64,000 bases of DNA from assembly GCA_020536535.1 (NCBI GenBank), contig JAHLWZ010000847.1:13298-77297 (forward strand). The letters are read 5' to 3'. Under the pieces are notes generated by a model, which was not told the DNA's origin, did no database searches, and worked only from the letters and a program-made list of their open reading frames with translations. This stretch comes from Pelomyxa schiedti. Lineage: Eukaryota > Protista > Evosea. The first letter of the stretch is position 1; each line of letters opens with the position of its first letter. Positions 11,583-25,606 of the stretch are shown one piece after another. The translations under genes and the position numbers were made by a program.

Positions 11583-13751
11583 TTATTGCTTGTGTTGTAG
11601 TGCCTCAATGATTTCTCGTTTTGTCTCTTCCAGCTTCTCTTGCATGAGCTTGAGAATTTCACTCTGAACAAACCATGTCAATTATTTGGTGGTTTGGTGG
11701 TTGAAGGGAATGCTTTTTTCCGTACTTTAAATGCCTCCAAATCGGCCCTGGTCATTCCCCGAGGAGGATCAGAAAGAGCAGACGAAATGGCAGACTTCAA
11801 ACTGTTTGAAACAAGCGAAGCACAAGTGGAAGAAGGAGGGGCCGCCGAACTCGATGTATTCAATGAGGAGGGAAACATGGACTGAGAGAGTGCAAATCAA
11901 ATCAGGTTAGGGGAATAGAAAGGCCTCTCCCTCATTTATTGGAAATACATACACGTCTTCGCTTTTTTAAATCATCCATGTATGCAGGAGAATCCAGTTT
12001 TCTGGCCCTGTATCAAGTCAAAAAAGATGTTAAAGCTGTGTGGAAGTTGTACTCAGTGGCTGGGCTCATTTCGAGATGTGCTAACAATAAGTTTAAGAAT
12101 GGATAATAGAGAAAAGGGCATACATGTATCGGCTGGTGCAGGTTCCAGCATCATTTGCTTTGCTAGAACTGTCTTCTCAAATTCAGTATCACCTGAGCAG
12201 GGAAAGTAAGAGAAGACTACAGTAGCAGGGAAAGGAAGATGAGACCAATTTTACGGAGAGTATAAACTGCCGAGTCAATTTTCGAGGAAAACCTGGCAGC
12301 TTCATCGGAGAGACTGTCAAAATTTAGACCGTAAATTCCTTGCCCATCAGACCACTGGTGAAAGCTGATAGATGCCCGAATGTAAACTAGATCTTTAAAC
12401 ACCGGAGAGTTGATTACCACCTAATTAACTAAGTGAATTATCCTGATAAAGACACTCTGGTACCTTTCCTGTCTTGCCAGACACTGCAACGATTCGATAA
12501 ATAGGATTCTTCTCTGTGGGTGTAATCATAAGCTGAACACGTGAAAGGGGGTCCACCAGCCACCAGACAGTGCCAACCATATCATAAAAGTATACTGCCG
12601 CCCGTACAATACTGTCTTCAATAGTGGTTTCCATCAATGGAGCCACAGTTGGCAGTGTATTAACCGGAGTTGAGTGACGTGGTGAAGTGCTGACAGTAGA
12701 TGGAGAAGTTGCTTGGAGAGTAGCTGTTGACAGAGAAATGGTTGGAGGAAGAGTTGGAGCGGGGAAAGAAAAGAATGATGCTTGTAGGGGGAAAAAAGTT
12801 AGTGCACAAGTCATACTATTAATTAACGGTTGTTGATAGTGTTGTAATCAGTGTTATATAGTAAGATTCAGTAAGATTCCATGAGATACACACCACTGCG
12901 CGGAGTTTGGGGTCCAAGTGTGGGGGAAATTGGGTTCAGCTGTGGTTGTGTGGGTAATTGGAGAACCAACTTGGGTTGGTCTAATTTCGTCGGGTCGTTC
13001 GTCGTAGTGGCGGCAGCAGCAGCAGTATCCCCTAATTGCAGGCCGACGCCCACACCGGCCGGCGGCAAAAGGTCCGGCACTCTGGAATCTGGCGGGATCG
13101 GCAGCGGCGGCGGCTCCACCACAATCCCCAGCTCCACGCCAGGCTCCAGCGGCAGATTCGCGGCCACAGCCGAGTTGGAGGCGGCGGGGAACGGAGGGGT
13201 GGTGGGAGGCGGGGGGACGGGCGACTCGACGGCCGGGGGAGGGACCACCGGCGGGTCGCCCTCGTCGGCGGCGGCCGGGCAGCAGGGGTCCGCGGCCTCG
13301 CTGGCCGTGCCCGTGCCCGTGGTGGTGGTGGTGCTGGTGCTGGTGGTGGTGGCGGCACTGTCTACGGCGGCGGCGCTCGCGGCCGAGTCGTCGGTGCTGT
13401 GGTGGCGGTGGCGGTGCGGGGAGCGGGAGGGAGGGGGCGACGAAGGGGGGAGGACCAGGGGCTGGCTGCTGGCGCTGCTGAGGAGGTCCGAGGAGACCGA
13501 GGGGGGAGGGGGCAGGGACGGCGGCTCGATGTCAAAGTGCAGGGGCGAGGCAACTGGGGGCGGCGGGGGGTCTGGCTCGGGGTCTGCGTGCCTGTGTGTG
13601 GGTGTTGGGTGTTACCCGTGTCCAATTGCAGTGTGTCCGTGCCTCGAAAAAGTGGCGTGTGTGCTTGTGACAGTGAACTATGGGACGAGCGTGCAGGATT
13701 TGGGAGTATTATATAGGAGAATGGGATACTGTACTGTTGCTGTGCCGACAT
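11583..13751 (-). CDS. Ena/VASP-like protein: long Pro-rich N-terminus, EVH1 domain, VASP tetramerisation helix
   Basis: EVH1: RAAVYFYDMVGTVWWLV..YRIVAV..VINSPV..FHQWSDGQGIYGLNF. C-terminus DLEAFKSEILKLMQEKLEETKREIIEALQ. The first exon (ATG 13751) is less certain. Confidence 0.8.
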
Positions 13752-14005
13752 TTCGTGTTGAAAAGCTACACTCCACTCGGGGCTTCTTGGTCGCTGTTCA
13801 AGGAAAAAACAATTGGCACGAATGTTTCAATCTGATGATAGGCCAGAAGTCTTGGACCCGGACCCTGAGAGTGGTAGTGTTGTACACTCAGGCGTTATCT
13901 GCCTCTGAGAGCCTAGAAAGTTTCAGTGTCAAAACAGTGAACTTTTCATCATAATCATCATTATCACACCTTTCGCTCGTACAGACAAAATTTACCCTTT
14001 CCTAA

Positions 14006-15403
<1,398 letters not shown>

Positions 15404-15935
15404 ACGAGAGCTACATTTCCCAGAAATCCGTTCTGTTCAACTTCTCTGCACGTTTTTTCAGGTGAAGTTTTAATAACGGCCTTTAATTTAAATCAAGCAC
15501 AACGACACAAAAAAGCTTTCTTTTTCGTTCCTTTATTTGCCACAACCTCGTGGCAATTAAAGGATCACTTTTTTTTTGAAAAAAAGGGGGAACTTTCGCA
15601 AGACTGCACTCAGCCCCTTTTTTTAGCAGACAAAAAATCCCGTAACAATAAAAATTAAAAAATACGTCTCGGCAACGACAAGGCAAGCAAAACCGCCTCT
15701 TTCACGGCTACGACCCTCGAAAACAACTACATTCGAGATCCACACTGGGATCTCCGTTTTTTGCGTTGTTGAACGCACTCTTTAACACTCCTACGAACAA
15801 AAGTGACACACAAAGCAAACAACAAAACACAAACAAGTAACAAGTCCCAACTCTGCACGAACGAAAACAACACCCTGCACGTTAAAATGCGAAAACGCAA
15901 AATACGCTCACACACATAACAAAGATCTGTGAAAA

Positions 15936-17534
15936 ATGGGGGACACTACACCACTGCCAGAAGGGTGGACGGCACAAGTTGACCCAAAAACAAACCACAC
16001 GTATTATATAAGCGTCGTCACGGGCAAGTCACAGTGGGAACGCCCCGTGCAACCCGCGGCCGCTCAGGCCTGCTACCCACCATGGGAGCCAAAATTGGAC
16101 CCAACTACCAGCCGCACATACTTTTACAACACAAAGACTGGCGAGTCTCTGTGGGAGCTTCCCCCACAGCCAGCCACAGACTCCGCACAGAAAGCCGCCG
16201 CGACTCCGGTTGCTGCCGCTGCAGCTTCCTCGTCAACTCAAGGCCAGGCCACTTCAACTCCCACAGCATCACCCGCAGCAGTAACTCCAAGTGCGACGCC
16301 GGCAGCGGCTGCCAGTGCAACAGCCACTGCTACACAGGCATCGACTACCCCGTCACCCACTGCAACCAAGGGAACCACCGAGGCACCTTTGCCTCCTGGG
16401 TGGGAGGAGCGTTTTGATAATGCTACTAATCACAAGTACTATGTGAATGTGGAAAAAAATATCACGCAATGGGAACGGCCTGCGGTACCGCTACTTCTTA
16501 ATGCTCCACCTCCGTTTCTAACTCTATTCTTCAGGCTACAACACAAACTCCAGCTGCTAACCAAGCATCCCCAGCTGCCACTGCAGGGGCCACTCCTGCA
16601 GGGTGAGTCTCTACTCCTCAACTTGTCATTTGGAACTGAAAGTCCTCGTAGAACTGCAGAGTCTTCCTCTGATGAGGAAGAGGATCCCCCGTTGGTCATT
16701 TTCCGTCCAGAACTTGTTCCTAAAAAGGGAGCTCCCAAAAAGAAAGACAAAAAGTATTTCAACCGCAGAAATGTTCTTGTCATAGTAACATACATTCAGT
16801 GCGGAACCTGAAGATACTACTTCAGCCACAATTCACAAACTTGTTGTCATAGGTGCCGGTGCTGTTGGAAAATCTGCTCTAGTGGTGAGGTTCATTAAAG
16901 GCGACTTTATTGCGGAGTATGATCCAACCATTGAAGACTCCTACAGACGACAGTTCTCTGTAGATGACAGGCAATGCCACCTTGATATTCTTGACACTGC
17001 AGGTTGCTTTCTCGGGCACCCCACTTTTGCGCGAAGTTAATTAGCTCTTCACAGGACAGGAGGAGTATAGTGCTCTGCGTGATAATTATATGAGGACCGG
17101 ACAAGGTTTCCTTGTCGTTTTTGCTGTTAACTCCAGGTTATTGGTTATTCTTGTTTCTCTGGTATTTAGCCTCCATTAACATTGTATGTAGAGGTAGTTT
17201 TGCAGAAATACCTGGTTTTGTGAAGCACATTCATGAAGTTAAGGATCTTGATGAAGTTCCTCTCGTCGTTGTAGGCAGTAAGTGCGATCTCCGCGCTGAT
17301 GTACCTCAGCGAGTTATCAACGACTTCTGCACAAAGAACCAAGCTCCGTTCATTCCTTGTTCAGCCAAGTCAAGTATGTGGTTTTTTTCTTCCCCTCTTT
17401 TTCACCTTTCACTCACCCTTCACTAAGACACAAACGTTGAGACTGTATTCTCTGAGGTCGTTAAGGAGTGCCGCCGGATTTGCCCGACAAAGGCGAACCC
17501 AAACGATTCTCACAAAAAGTGTCTTATCCTGTAA
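15936..17534 (+). CDS. 3xWW domain - Ras GTPase fusion with CAAX box
   Basis: Three WW domains (LPEGW..YY..QWERP; PPW..YF..LWELP; LPPGW..YY..QWERP) splice in frame to [38 protein letters not shown]; ends KKCLIL*. Confidence 0.88.
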
Positions 17535-17782
17535 TAATCTATCTAAATCCTTGAAAAAGGAACAAAACAACAGGTTTTGTTTTGTTTGCTTTGTTTTGAG
17601 AATATACAATCGCTTTCATCAGGTGATGGCCATCACCCTTCCCTGAAGTTGCTGTTTGGTCGCCTTCCAGAAAGGTGGATTGAAAACAAGTTGGTTTTGC
17701 CACTGCGATTTGTCAAACAGCTGTCCGCGTTAAAAAGGATGAAACGAAGTAAAAACTGGAAAAAAAGAACGAAACCACCAAA

Positions 17783-19005
17783 ATGAGACAAGGCTTTGGG
17801 GGGGAAGAAGGCAAGAGAGTTGCCAATCACTGTTTTCAACACCCACCGAACAAGAAAAGAGTACTGATTATTTTATCTGTGCTCCTGTCCGTGGTACGAC
17901 ACAAAAAATACCCATTCTAGTGATTACCTCACCGGATTCTAGACTTGCCTTACCCACGGTTCTGACGTTGATGCATCACCAGAGTCTGGCCCTCAATATG
18001 GTGTGACTCTGAGTGGATATATCGGGAGCACCGGTGAAAATGACTTCACCGGCATCCAAGCGGTGATCAACCCACCATACTGGATCACGTCAGTGAATCC
18101 GATTCCGCTTTCCGTGCCAAGCGACACCCTGGATGCTGCCCTTTTAGTGACATCGATCACGAAAATGGTCGACACGTATTCCCAGATGACGGGAACCATC
18201 ACTATCTACCCAGCGAGTAACTGCCAAACCTCAGGCTACTATGTGCTGGAGTTTTTTGTTGGCTGTGTGTTGGAAGACGACCCAACCTGCGATGAGAGTT
18301 ACTCTTCCTTCAATGTGTCTCTCCCCATTTATATACCGAGCTGTGACTCTGTGGACCAGAGCGGCGTCAGTATCAGAACTTATGACGAAAAGGGGAACTT
18401 TGATGTGCGCCTTCAACCAGGGCAGAGTGTGTTTTCCTTTGAGATACTACTCTTTTTTTTTGATTTCACCAACAGCCATCATCATCGATGAAAAGATCAC
18501 CACTGACTTGGGTACTCCTCAATATGACTGTAATTGCACAACAGAGCTATTCTTGTATGACTGGTCAGGAAATCTCCTTGGTCATCACAACGTCGAATCA
18601 GAGGCCGAACTCTTTCATCCAACCTCCCTTCTTGTATCCCCACTCGAGAACAAACTCAGGTCTGTGTCATTTCAGCATATCTGGCATTGCATCTAAAATT
18701 GATACAGAGTTTTCCTTGACCCAATCATATTCAACTACACAAAGGGGGAGGTTGTTAAAATACATACCACTTGTGACACCAACTGGGTAACGGGCCGGGC
18801 TCAGTCTGTTTCAGGTGATTCAACAGTCACAGCAGGGGTTGCAGAGGAAGACGGTGCTGATGACAATGAGGGCACTGACGGGTGGATAATTGGACTTTCC
18901 GTTGGACTGACGTTGGCAGCTGCTGCAGCACTGGGTGCAGTCGGGTTCTTTGTTTACAAAAAGTGGAGAAGAACCAATCCTACACATGTACAACTGTTGA
19001 ACTAG
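17783..19005 (+). CDS. Single-pass type I membrane protein of unknown function
   Basis: Hydrophobic leader VLIILSVLLSV|TCLTHG; Cys-containing, beta-rich ectodomain; TM WIIGLSVGLTLAAAAALGAVGFFVY followed by KKWRR and a short tail ending HVQLLN*. Confidence 0.6.
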
Positions 19006-19167
19006 TCCAAGAATCCTGTGGATTGCTGTAACCCAAGACAAAATATACTTATAGCTTTATTTAATTTTCAGTGAGGCTCTTTGGGTAACAGTCCTTGGAG
19101 AAAAAAAAACCATGTGGAAACATTGGAAAAAAAAGTCCAGCAAAAGGTGGTGCTGGGTTTTTTTGTT

Positions 19168-21204
19168 TTATTCTGTTGGCACTTTCCTGGAATTGTCCAG
19201 GTCTGATCTGTTGTACTTTTCACGAACAAAAATAAGTGCAAATAGACAAAGAATGATGCTGGCTGTAACTAATGTATTTATGTAGCTGTAGGCAATATAT
19301 GGTTCTACAAAGAGTACCACCTGTAAATGGGTGGATGGTAAGACGGGTTTTGTTTTGTGTCTGTATTGTAAAGGACCGCACCACACAAATTATGTTCATT
19401 ACTAGAGTTAGGAATACTGCAGAAACCTCCTCAGGAGTTGGAAAAGTAGTTTCTGTGTAAACGTAAGTTACAAAAACCAATGGAAAACGTTAGAAACCTG
19501 CACCCAGCTCGTAAAACAAAGGATTAGTACTTCCGAGACAAAGTCCGACTACAGAGATATTATTGAAGAAACTGAGAGTAGAAACAAACCAAGCGCTATA
19601 GCAACGTAAACTGTATATATATTGCTTGGAATAAGTGGCTCATCAGAAAATACACTTGGCAAGCTGAGGGTAAACCACGTAAGAGCAAGTGTGCTCAAAC
19701 CCAAAAGGATGAATAATAGCAGCTTGAATCTGCGAGCAAAGAACTTATCACCGAGGAATCCAACTAAAAGACCGCCAGTCATCGAAGCAACAGTGGCGCA
19801 GAAGCCAATCCACCCACATGTTGTCTGGGAGTAGCCAACCGGAGAGAGGATGATGGCAAATGACCCACTCCATGAATTGAACATTCCTAATATTAATTAG
19901 GTGCTAACTCACTGTTGGATCCCTAAGAGAATCGGAAAATACCTACTTGCCACCCTCCTATTGAGGCTATCAAAATAAATGCGGGCTTTTTTATTATAGA
20001 TGGAATTTCTCGCAAAAAATCCATTGGAGAGGGACCTGGAGAACTGTTATCGCTTTACAAAGGAAGGGGTATGTACCCATGGATTTTCCTACTAGAAGAG
20101 CACTTGAAGGGGTAGGAGGAAGTGGCGGACGTGCTGGAAAGTAGGAGGCAACCCAGATAAAAACGAGTAAAGCAATGATTGCCTCAATTATTAGCAAAAC
20201 TGGGAGTGATGTTGCCTCAACGACATAGGGACCAATTAAAAAGCCTTCTTTCTGTTAGTATGAATAAAAAAAGCTACATGCTGGATACCAAGAGCGGAGC
20301 CTCCAGAGTTGCACAAAAAAGCTATGGCAGTGGCTGTTGTGCGTTGGTTTTGGGGAAACCACTAGTATTTCTCAGACGGAAAAAAGATGGGAGAGTGCAA
20401 GAATACCGTGGCACTGAATTTCGATGGGCTGGCCAGAACAAGTGGCCCAACGGCACCATTGATTGCCTTCAGGGAAAATATCTTCATTAAAGTAGCACTT
20501 AAAGGTATTGCAGCTTACTTGCCCAACCATAATTATCCAGATCGAATACCACGAGTCAGGTGAAAACAATGATAAGCAGCGCCCTACCAAGTATTAAAAT
20601 TGAGTGGTTGCAATGAATCAATACCAGATGCTGCCACTGCCACAAGTGCTGCTCCCAAAATAGTATTGAGTTGTAGTGCTTTCTAAAATATGTGGGGGAA
20701 AGAAAAAATCAGAGAGTGGAGCAGAGTAAAACCTAATAACCTGAAACCTTTGTGTTAAGAATCAAGCCAGCAACAAATACAAACTGTAAAAAGGTGAGGT
20801 GGGTGGCATTAAAGGCTGCAGAAATATAATGCCAACCGGAATATACATAATGCAACCACAAGCCAGCCACATGTTAATAACGGCATCAGTAGTGTGATAG
20901 TAATTCTTAGCAGTGTCTGGGAAGAAAGCACCATTCAAGTAGGTAAATTAGCAACACTCTCACGGAACCTCACTCATTTACATATATTATTTCAGTAAGG
21001 AAAAAAACTTAAAGTAAGAGACTGGGTTTATGGAGAAGAATTACCAGCCACAGGACTGAAAGTAATCCACACCAAAGACTGGGTTGCAGAGAGGCAACAA
21101 AACACACCCAACAAGTACCACCGCCTAGGATACACCATGTACTCGCTCCCACGCCCCCCGGCTCGCACCAACGGCTGCTCCTCGTCCACGTACCGGGTGG
21201 CCAT
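19168..21204 (-). CDS. MFS transporter, SLC49 (FLVCR/DIRC2)-like
   Basis: VYPRRWYLLGVFCCLSATQSLVWITFSP and YFPARPPLPPT motifs; many hydrophobic helices; N-terminal EEQPLV resembles an acidic dileucine lysosomal signal. Confidence 0.85.
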
Positions 21205-21449
21205 GTACTCTGTGCACTTGATTTGTTTGAATAAAGTGTTTTCTTGTAGACATTTTCTTGTCTGTTGAACGGGCGCCGGGGAGTGCCGTAACTTACGGAA
21301 TTGTTAATTGTTTGGGACAGTGATCCTAGATCTGAGATGTGGCCTGCGGGAGGCCGAGTTGGTAAAGAACAATAAGCTTCAAAAAGGGAAAATTGTTGTT
21401 TATTTTTCTTGGTGGGTGTATGATATTGACGGGGTAGATAAGTGGGTGC

Positions 21450-23187
21450 TTAGAACGCCTTGTGCTCAAGAAGCATGTTGTTCTCTGGGCAGAGGCCAAC
21501 GCAAGCCCTGAGGATGTTGACAATGCACTCTCTTTGCTTGGAAAGGGCATTGATGACTGGAGTGCCATGGGGTACAACTGGGGCCTTGAGGAGGTAGGAG
21601 AGAACAGAGAGCACAGAGTCGAAGCGGTGGAATTCGGTGTCAACTCCCTCGCGTTTGTATGTGATACGGGTCATAAGTTCGGCAAGAACAACCAAGTCAA
21701 GCATCACAGGGCCAGCAAGAAGAGAGTCCTCACAAGTGTTGTGGAGAACGATGCTACAACAAGTTAGTTATCGGAAACAACAATAGATTCACCGTACGTG
21801 TTGTGTCCACCCAAGAAAATCTGTGAAGTGTACTCATCAAGTGCCCTCTTGGAATCGCCGACGTAAGGAACATACTTGATAACAACGACGTGGTCTGGGT
21901 GCTCTCCAGGGGAATAGAGAAGCTGATTGGCAGCAACCATGTCATCAACGACGTTGCTCTTGCTGATTTCCTTGCTTCGGAATTGCTGGGGGGCAGACAA
22001 GTTGCGGCCATCATTGTTTCCAAGATGATTATAAGAAACAATGGAGCTGAGCTTAAGTCCGGCATTGACGAGGAACTCGGTAAGTACTGACTTCATCTTT
22101 GTTTGTCCGGTCTTGAAGTCATCTCCAGCAACAAAGGTATGGTGTTGGTGAGCAAGCTCGATAACACCAGGGACCAAAGTGTTTTGTGGGCTACCGTTGA
22201 TGTAAGTAACATCCTCAAGTATGGCAGCAGTAGCAAAGATGGTTGATGGGGAAATTTCTGCCTCTCCTCTCCTGCGGCAATCGTTAGATTTTTGGTAAAA
22301 AGGGAAAAGAGATACTTGATAGAAGCCAATAGGTTTTCAGCAGTGTCATTAAGGCCAGGTCTGAGGGCACTGAACCTCTCTGTTGTTGCAGTCCACAAAA
22401 TAACAACTTTCTCAAGATGGTTCACTTCCTTGAAGTTTCGGATGTCGCGCCTGACTTGTTCAAGGTTCTCTTGCTTGGTGCCCTTCATCACGTTGTCAGC
22501 ACGATCAGCTTGGTTGGCTGCAATGAAGTCGGGATAGTAGATGCTGGGCATGGGCCGCATGTCTTGCATCAAGGGCCACAACTTGCGCTGAAGATCGATG
22601 TCAACAACTTGGGCTCTCTTGAGGGCGCTGGCCATATCCATGCCAGAAATATCCCAGCCACCAATTACAAGATCACTTGGAGAAATCATTGGTAGTACAG
22701 TGTTGAAAGGAACGTGAACTTCATTGCCGTCGTCAGTGTTTCCCAAACGAATAGTGGAGCACTGGGTAAGAGAGCCAAAGTAGTTAGCAGTTTGGGTGCC
22801 GGTCTTGGTATCCCAGGTAAGATGGTGTCGATTGGCCAGAACTCCTGATGTAAGTGTGGTACCATTATTTCCTCCCCATCCAACAAGCAAGAGTCTGTAA
22901 AAAAAAAGTAATTAAAACACTGCTAAAACAGGGGGAAAATGTAGAAGAGAGGGGAAAAAAACATACCCAACACGAGGGACGGTCCTGACGGTCTTGAAAG
23001 TGTAAACCTTGGACTCGGGCTTGACGACCAAGTTTCCTGAGGCGTCCTTCAAAACGCGCGTGCTCTCGTACGAGTACCGAGACGTAATTTCGGTAGGTGT
23101 GTACTGCACGTTAGGGGAGTCAACAGTGAAAGAGGTAGTGCCGGTAGCAGCGGAAGCGGTTGCTGTTGCGGTAGATGTTGTTGCCAT
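21450..23187 (-). CDS. INO1: Inositol-3-phosphate synthase (MIPS)
   Basis: [63 protein letters not shown] and [10 protein letters not shown]; three introns. Confidence 0.97.
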
Positions 23188-24053
23188 AGTAGTAGTTTAA
23201 ATCGGTAGTGTAGATCTACGGTAGCTACAAGTCGTGGTATTGGTTGCCTGTTTCAAAAACTGCACAATGAAAAAAATAAAGAAAATGGCAGGAGAGCCGG
23301 GGAAACATGTTAGTATGTGGAAGTACGTGATGCTGGTTTTAAAAAAACGAAAACGAAAACGAAAACACGAAATTTGGGTAAGACCACGTAAAATAACAAA
23401 AACGAAAAACAGACCTCTGGTCATACAACGTGGGGTCGAAGTCTTGGCTTGCTTTTTTACCAACACTAGGTGTTGATTGGTGCACGGGGAGGAATGACTT
23501 TTTAATAGTGAATCACTAATTGTGATTACCCTTCGTATAAAAGGGCTCCCAAGCTGCGTGTCACACGTCATAAAGTTTCATTTTCTTCCCCAACGAAAAA
23601 AATCCCGATTGGCCAAATGTTTTTCCAGGGCCGAGAACCCGGCGATCTCTGTACCCAGTCCTCGTTTCTCGCCCGCGACGAGGGGTACGATTCGAATTCG
23701 ATCATGCGCGATCGTGGGCATGGGCTGCGGAAGAAAGATCAACCCAGAAGCCTTTTCCGCAGACCTCAGAACATTCCTTCCGTTTTTTATTTTGTTCCTC
23801 GGCCTTCCAAAAAAAGAAATACAGGTTGGGCTGGGCACTCTTTGGACTTAGAGTTCTTGGTTGTGGAGTACACCCCAATCTCCAGAATCACTCTGTGCAC
23901 CAGTGCCAAACTGTCCTTGAGTCCTTTCTCCCTTCATAATTTGCGCATCTGTTGGCATTAGATCACCGAGAAACAATAAATTTCTGATTGCGAAAGGTTT
24001 AAAAGACTTTACGTTAACAAAGGGAAAAAAAAACAACCCAACAGATCCCGATA

Positions 24054-25595
24054 ATGTTTACTGCTCCTGCAGCGCGCACGTTGTGCGGCAGTACGTCTTT
24101 TTTAACCCCATTCTAACGTGGATCTACGCTCCAGAGACGTGGAAGCGGTATTATTTGACGAAACCAGCGGCGCGGCAAGATCCAGCGGAACCGTTGGGGA
24201 CTCCATTTCGAGTTTAGCGTGGTACGGCGAGGACTACGGCGCAGGTTTGTTTTCCTCCTTTTTTTCTGTGAGATCCGCGCAGATACTGTTGTTGGTGTTT
24301 GACTTGTATCTTTGCAGCATCATGGTTATTGTCTGCATCGTGGGATGGTGCTGGCAGATTGTGGGAGGTGCAGCACGACACTTGTCAACCACTACTTCGC
24401 CATGTTCTTCTTCCTTCAGTACTGAAACCCTGCCGCTATTTTAACTCTATTGACTTACTTTACAGAACCCTAAATCTCCCCCTTTATTAACTTGTGCTTG
24501 GGGTTCAGAGAACAGGGCTTTTACAGGTGGTGCTGATGGAGTTGCTAAGTGCTGGTCGATACAGGTTTCCTACATACATGAATGAAGAAAGTCTCTAAAC
24601 TGACTTTTCTTTCAGACAGGGCAAGCCGTGCAAGTTGCTGCCCACGAGCAACCTATTAGATCACTGAGGTGGTGCGAAAGTAGTGGTTCTGAGGGCTTAC
24701 TGATGACTGCTTCCTTGGTAGTCTTTGAGCTTTTAAACTAATTTAACACTGAAGATAACATAACGTCACAGGATCAGACATTAAAGTTCTGGGATCTAAG
24801 AATGCCGTCAAATGAACCAGCCAATACTCTTTCTCTCCCAAACAGGCCGACTGCAGCAAGTGTATGCAAGCGTGTCCTGGCGGTCTCTGTTTTCTCCAGA
24901 CCTGCCTCTGGTACTCCATCTTTGAACCTTCAAACACTTAACATAACTTTCCAGTTTTAATATACGACTTGAACAACCTCTCAACACCCTATGTAAAACG
25001 CGAAACTCCCCATAACCACCCCATCACCTCCATTTCACTGTTCCCGGATGCGACTGGATTCATTGGTGGGAGTATCGAAGGCCGCTGTGCTGTGCATCAT
25101 GTTGCGGAAAGTGACAAATCCAAGAACTTTGTATTCAAGTGCCACAGATCAACAACACATGTACCCAAACTTATCCATTCAGTGCCGTAACCTGGACCTA
25201 GATCTTCCCTGTCAATGATATCACCTTCCATAAAAGGTTAGGTACATTTGCCACCTGTGGATCTGATGGCTCCTTTGTGTTTTGGGATAAGGATTCTAGG
25301 ATGAGGCTCAAACAGTCGGAGCAATCCCCTGCACCACTTACAGCATGCCAGCTCAATCAGACTGGAAATATATCCTTTTCCCTTTCCTCTTATGTTTTGT
25401 ACTGTCCTTAACAGCAGTTCACCTCTTAGCCTACGCCATTGGTTATGACTGGGCTTCAGGCCCCACTGCTCTCGAGAGCCACAAAACCAAGGTTTTCATG
25501 CACCCCATGTACCTTGTACCCTAACCAACTTTACACAGGTCTTCATCCATAAAACAAAACCAGAAGAAATCAACCCGAAACCAAAGAAGTTCTGA
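24054..25595 (+). CDS. RAE1: mRNA export factor Rae1/Gle2 (WD40)
   Basis: DSISSLAW, SASWDG, TLKFWDLR, GSIEGRCAV, FVFKCHR, FPVNDITFH, FATCGSDGSFVFWDKDSR and AYAIGYDW; contains an AT-AC intron. Confidence 0.9.
25370..25422 (+). other. U12-type (minor spliceosome) AT-AC intron in RAE1, 53 nt, phase 0
   Basis: 5' end ATATCCTTTT, branch TCCTTAAC at 25405-25412, 3' end CAC. Removal gives NQTGN|LLAYAIGYDW in frame, and no plausible GT-AG alternative was found. Confidence 0.9.
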
Positions 25596-25606
25596 ACAAA
25601 AAACAT

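Noticed and set aside
13833-13908. C/D snoRNA-like boxes (TGATGA ... CTGA ... CTGA)
   Set aside because: No terminal stem and at most about 8 nt of recognisable rRNA complementarity; expected by chance.
12881-13954. 357-aa plus-strand ORF, and similar long ORFs at 7994-8551 (-) and 55770-56366 (+)
   Set aside because: Antisense shadows of GC-rich low-complexity exons with no independent motif.
17277-17284. Perfect GTAAGT donor at the Ras SKCD motif, which could explain the N-to-S change
   Set aside because: The downstream sequence continues as a normal Ras domain (KCDL...SAK), so it is exonic.
19168-23187. INO1 next to an MFS transporter as an inositol gene cluster
   Set aside because: The transporter is SLC49-like rather than a sugar/inositol porter, and adjacency is uninformative in so compact a genome.
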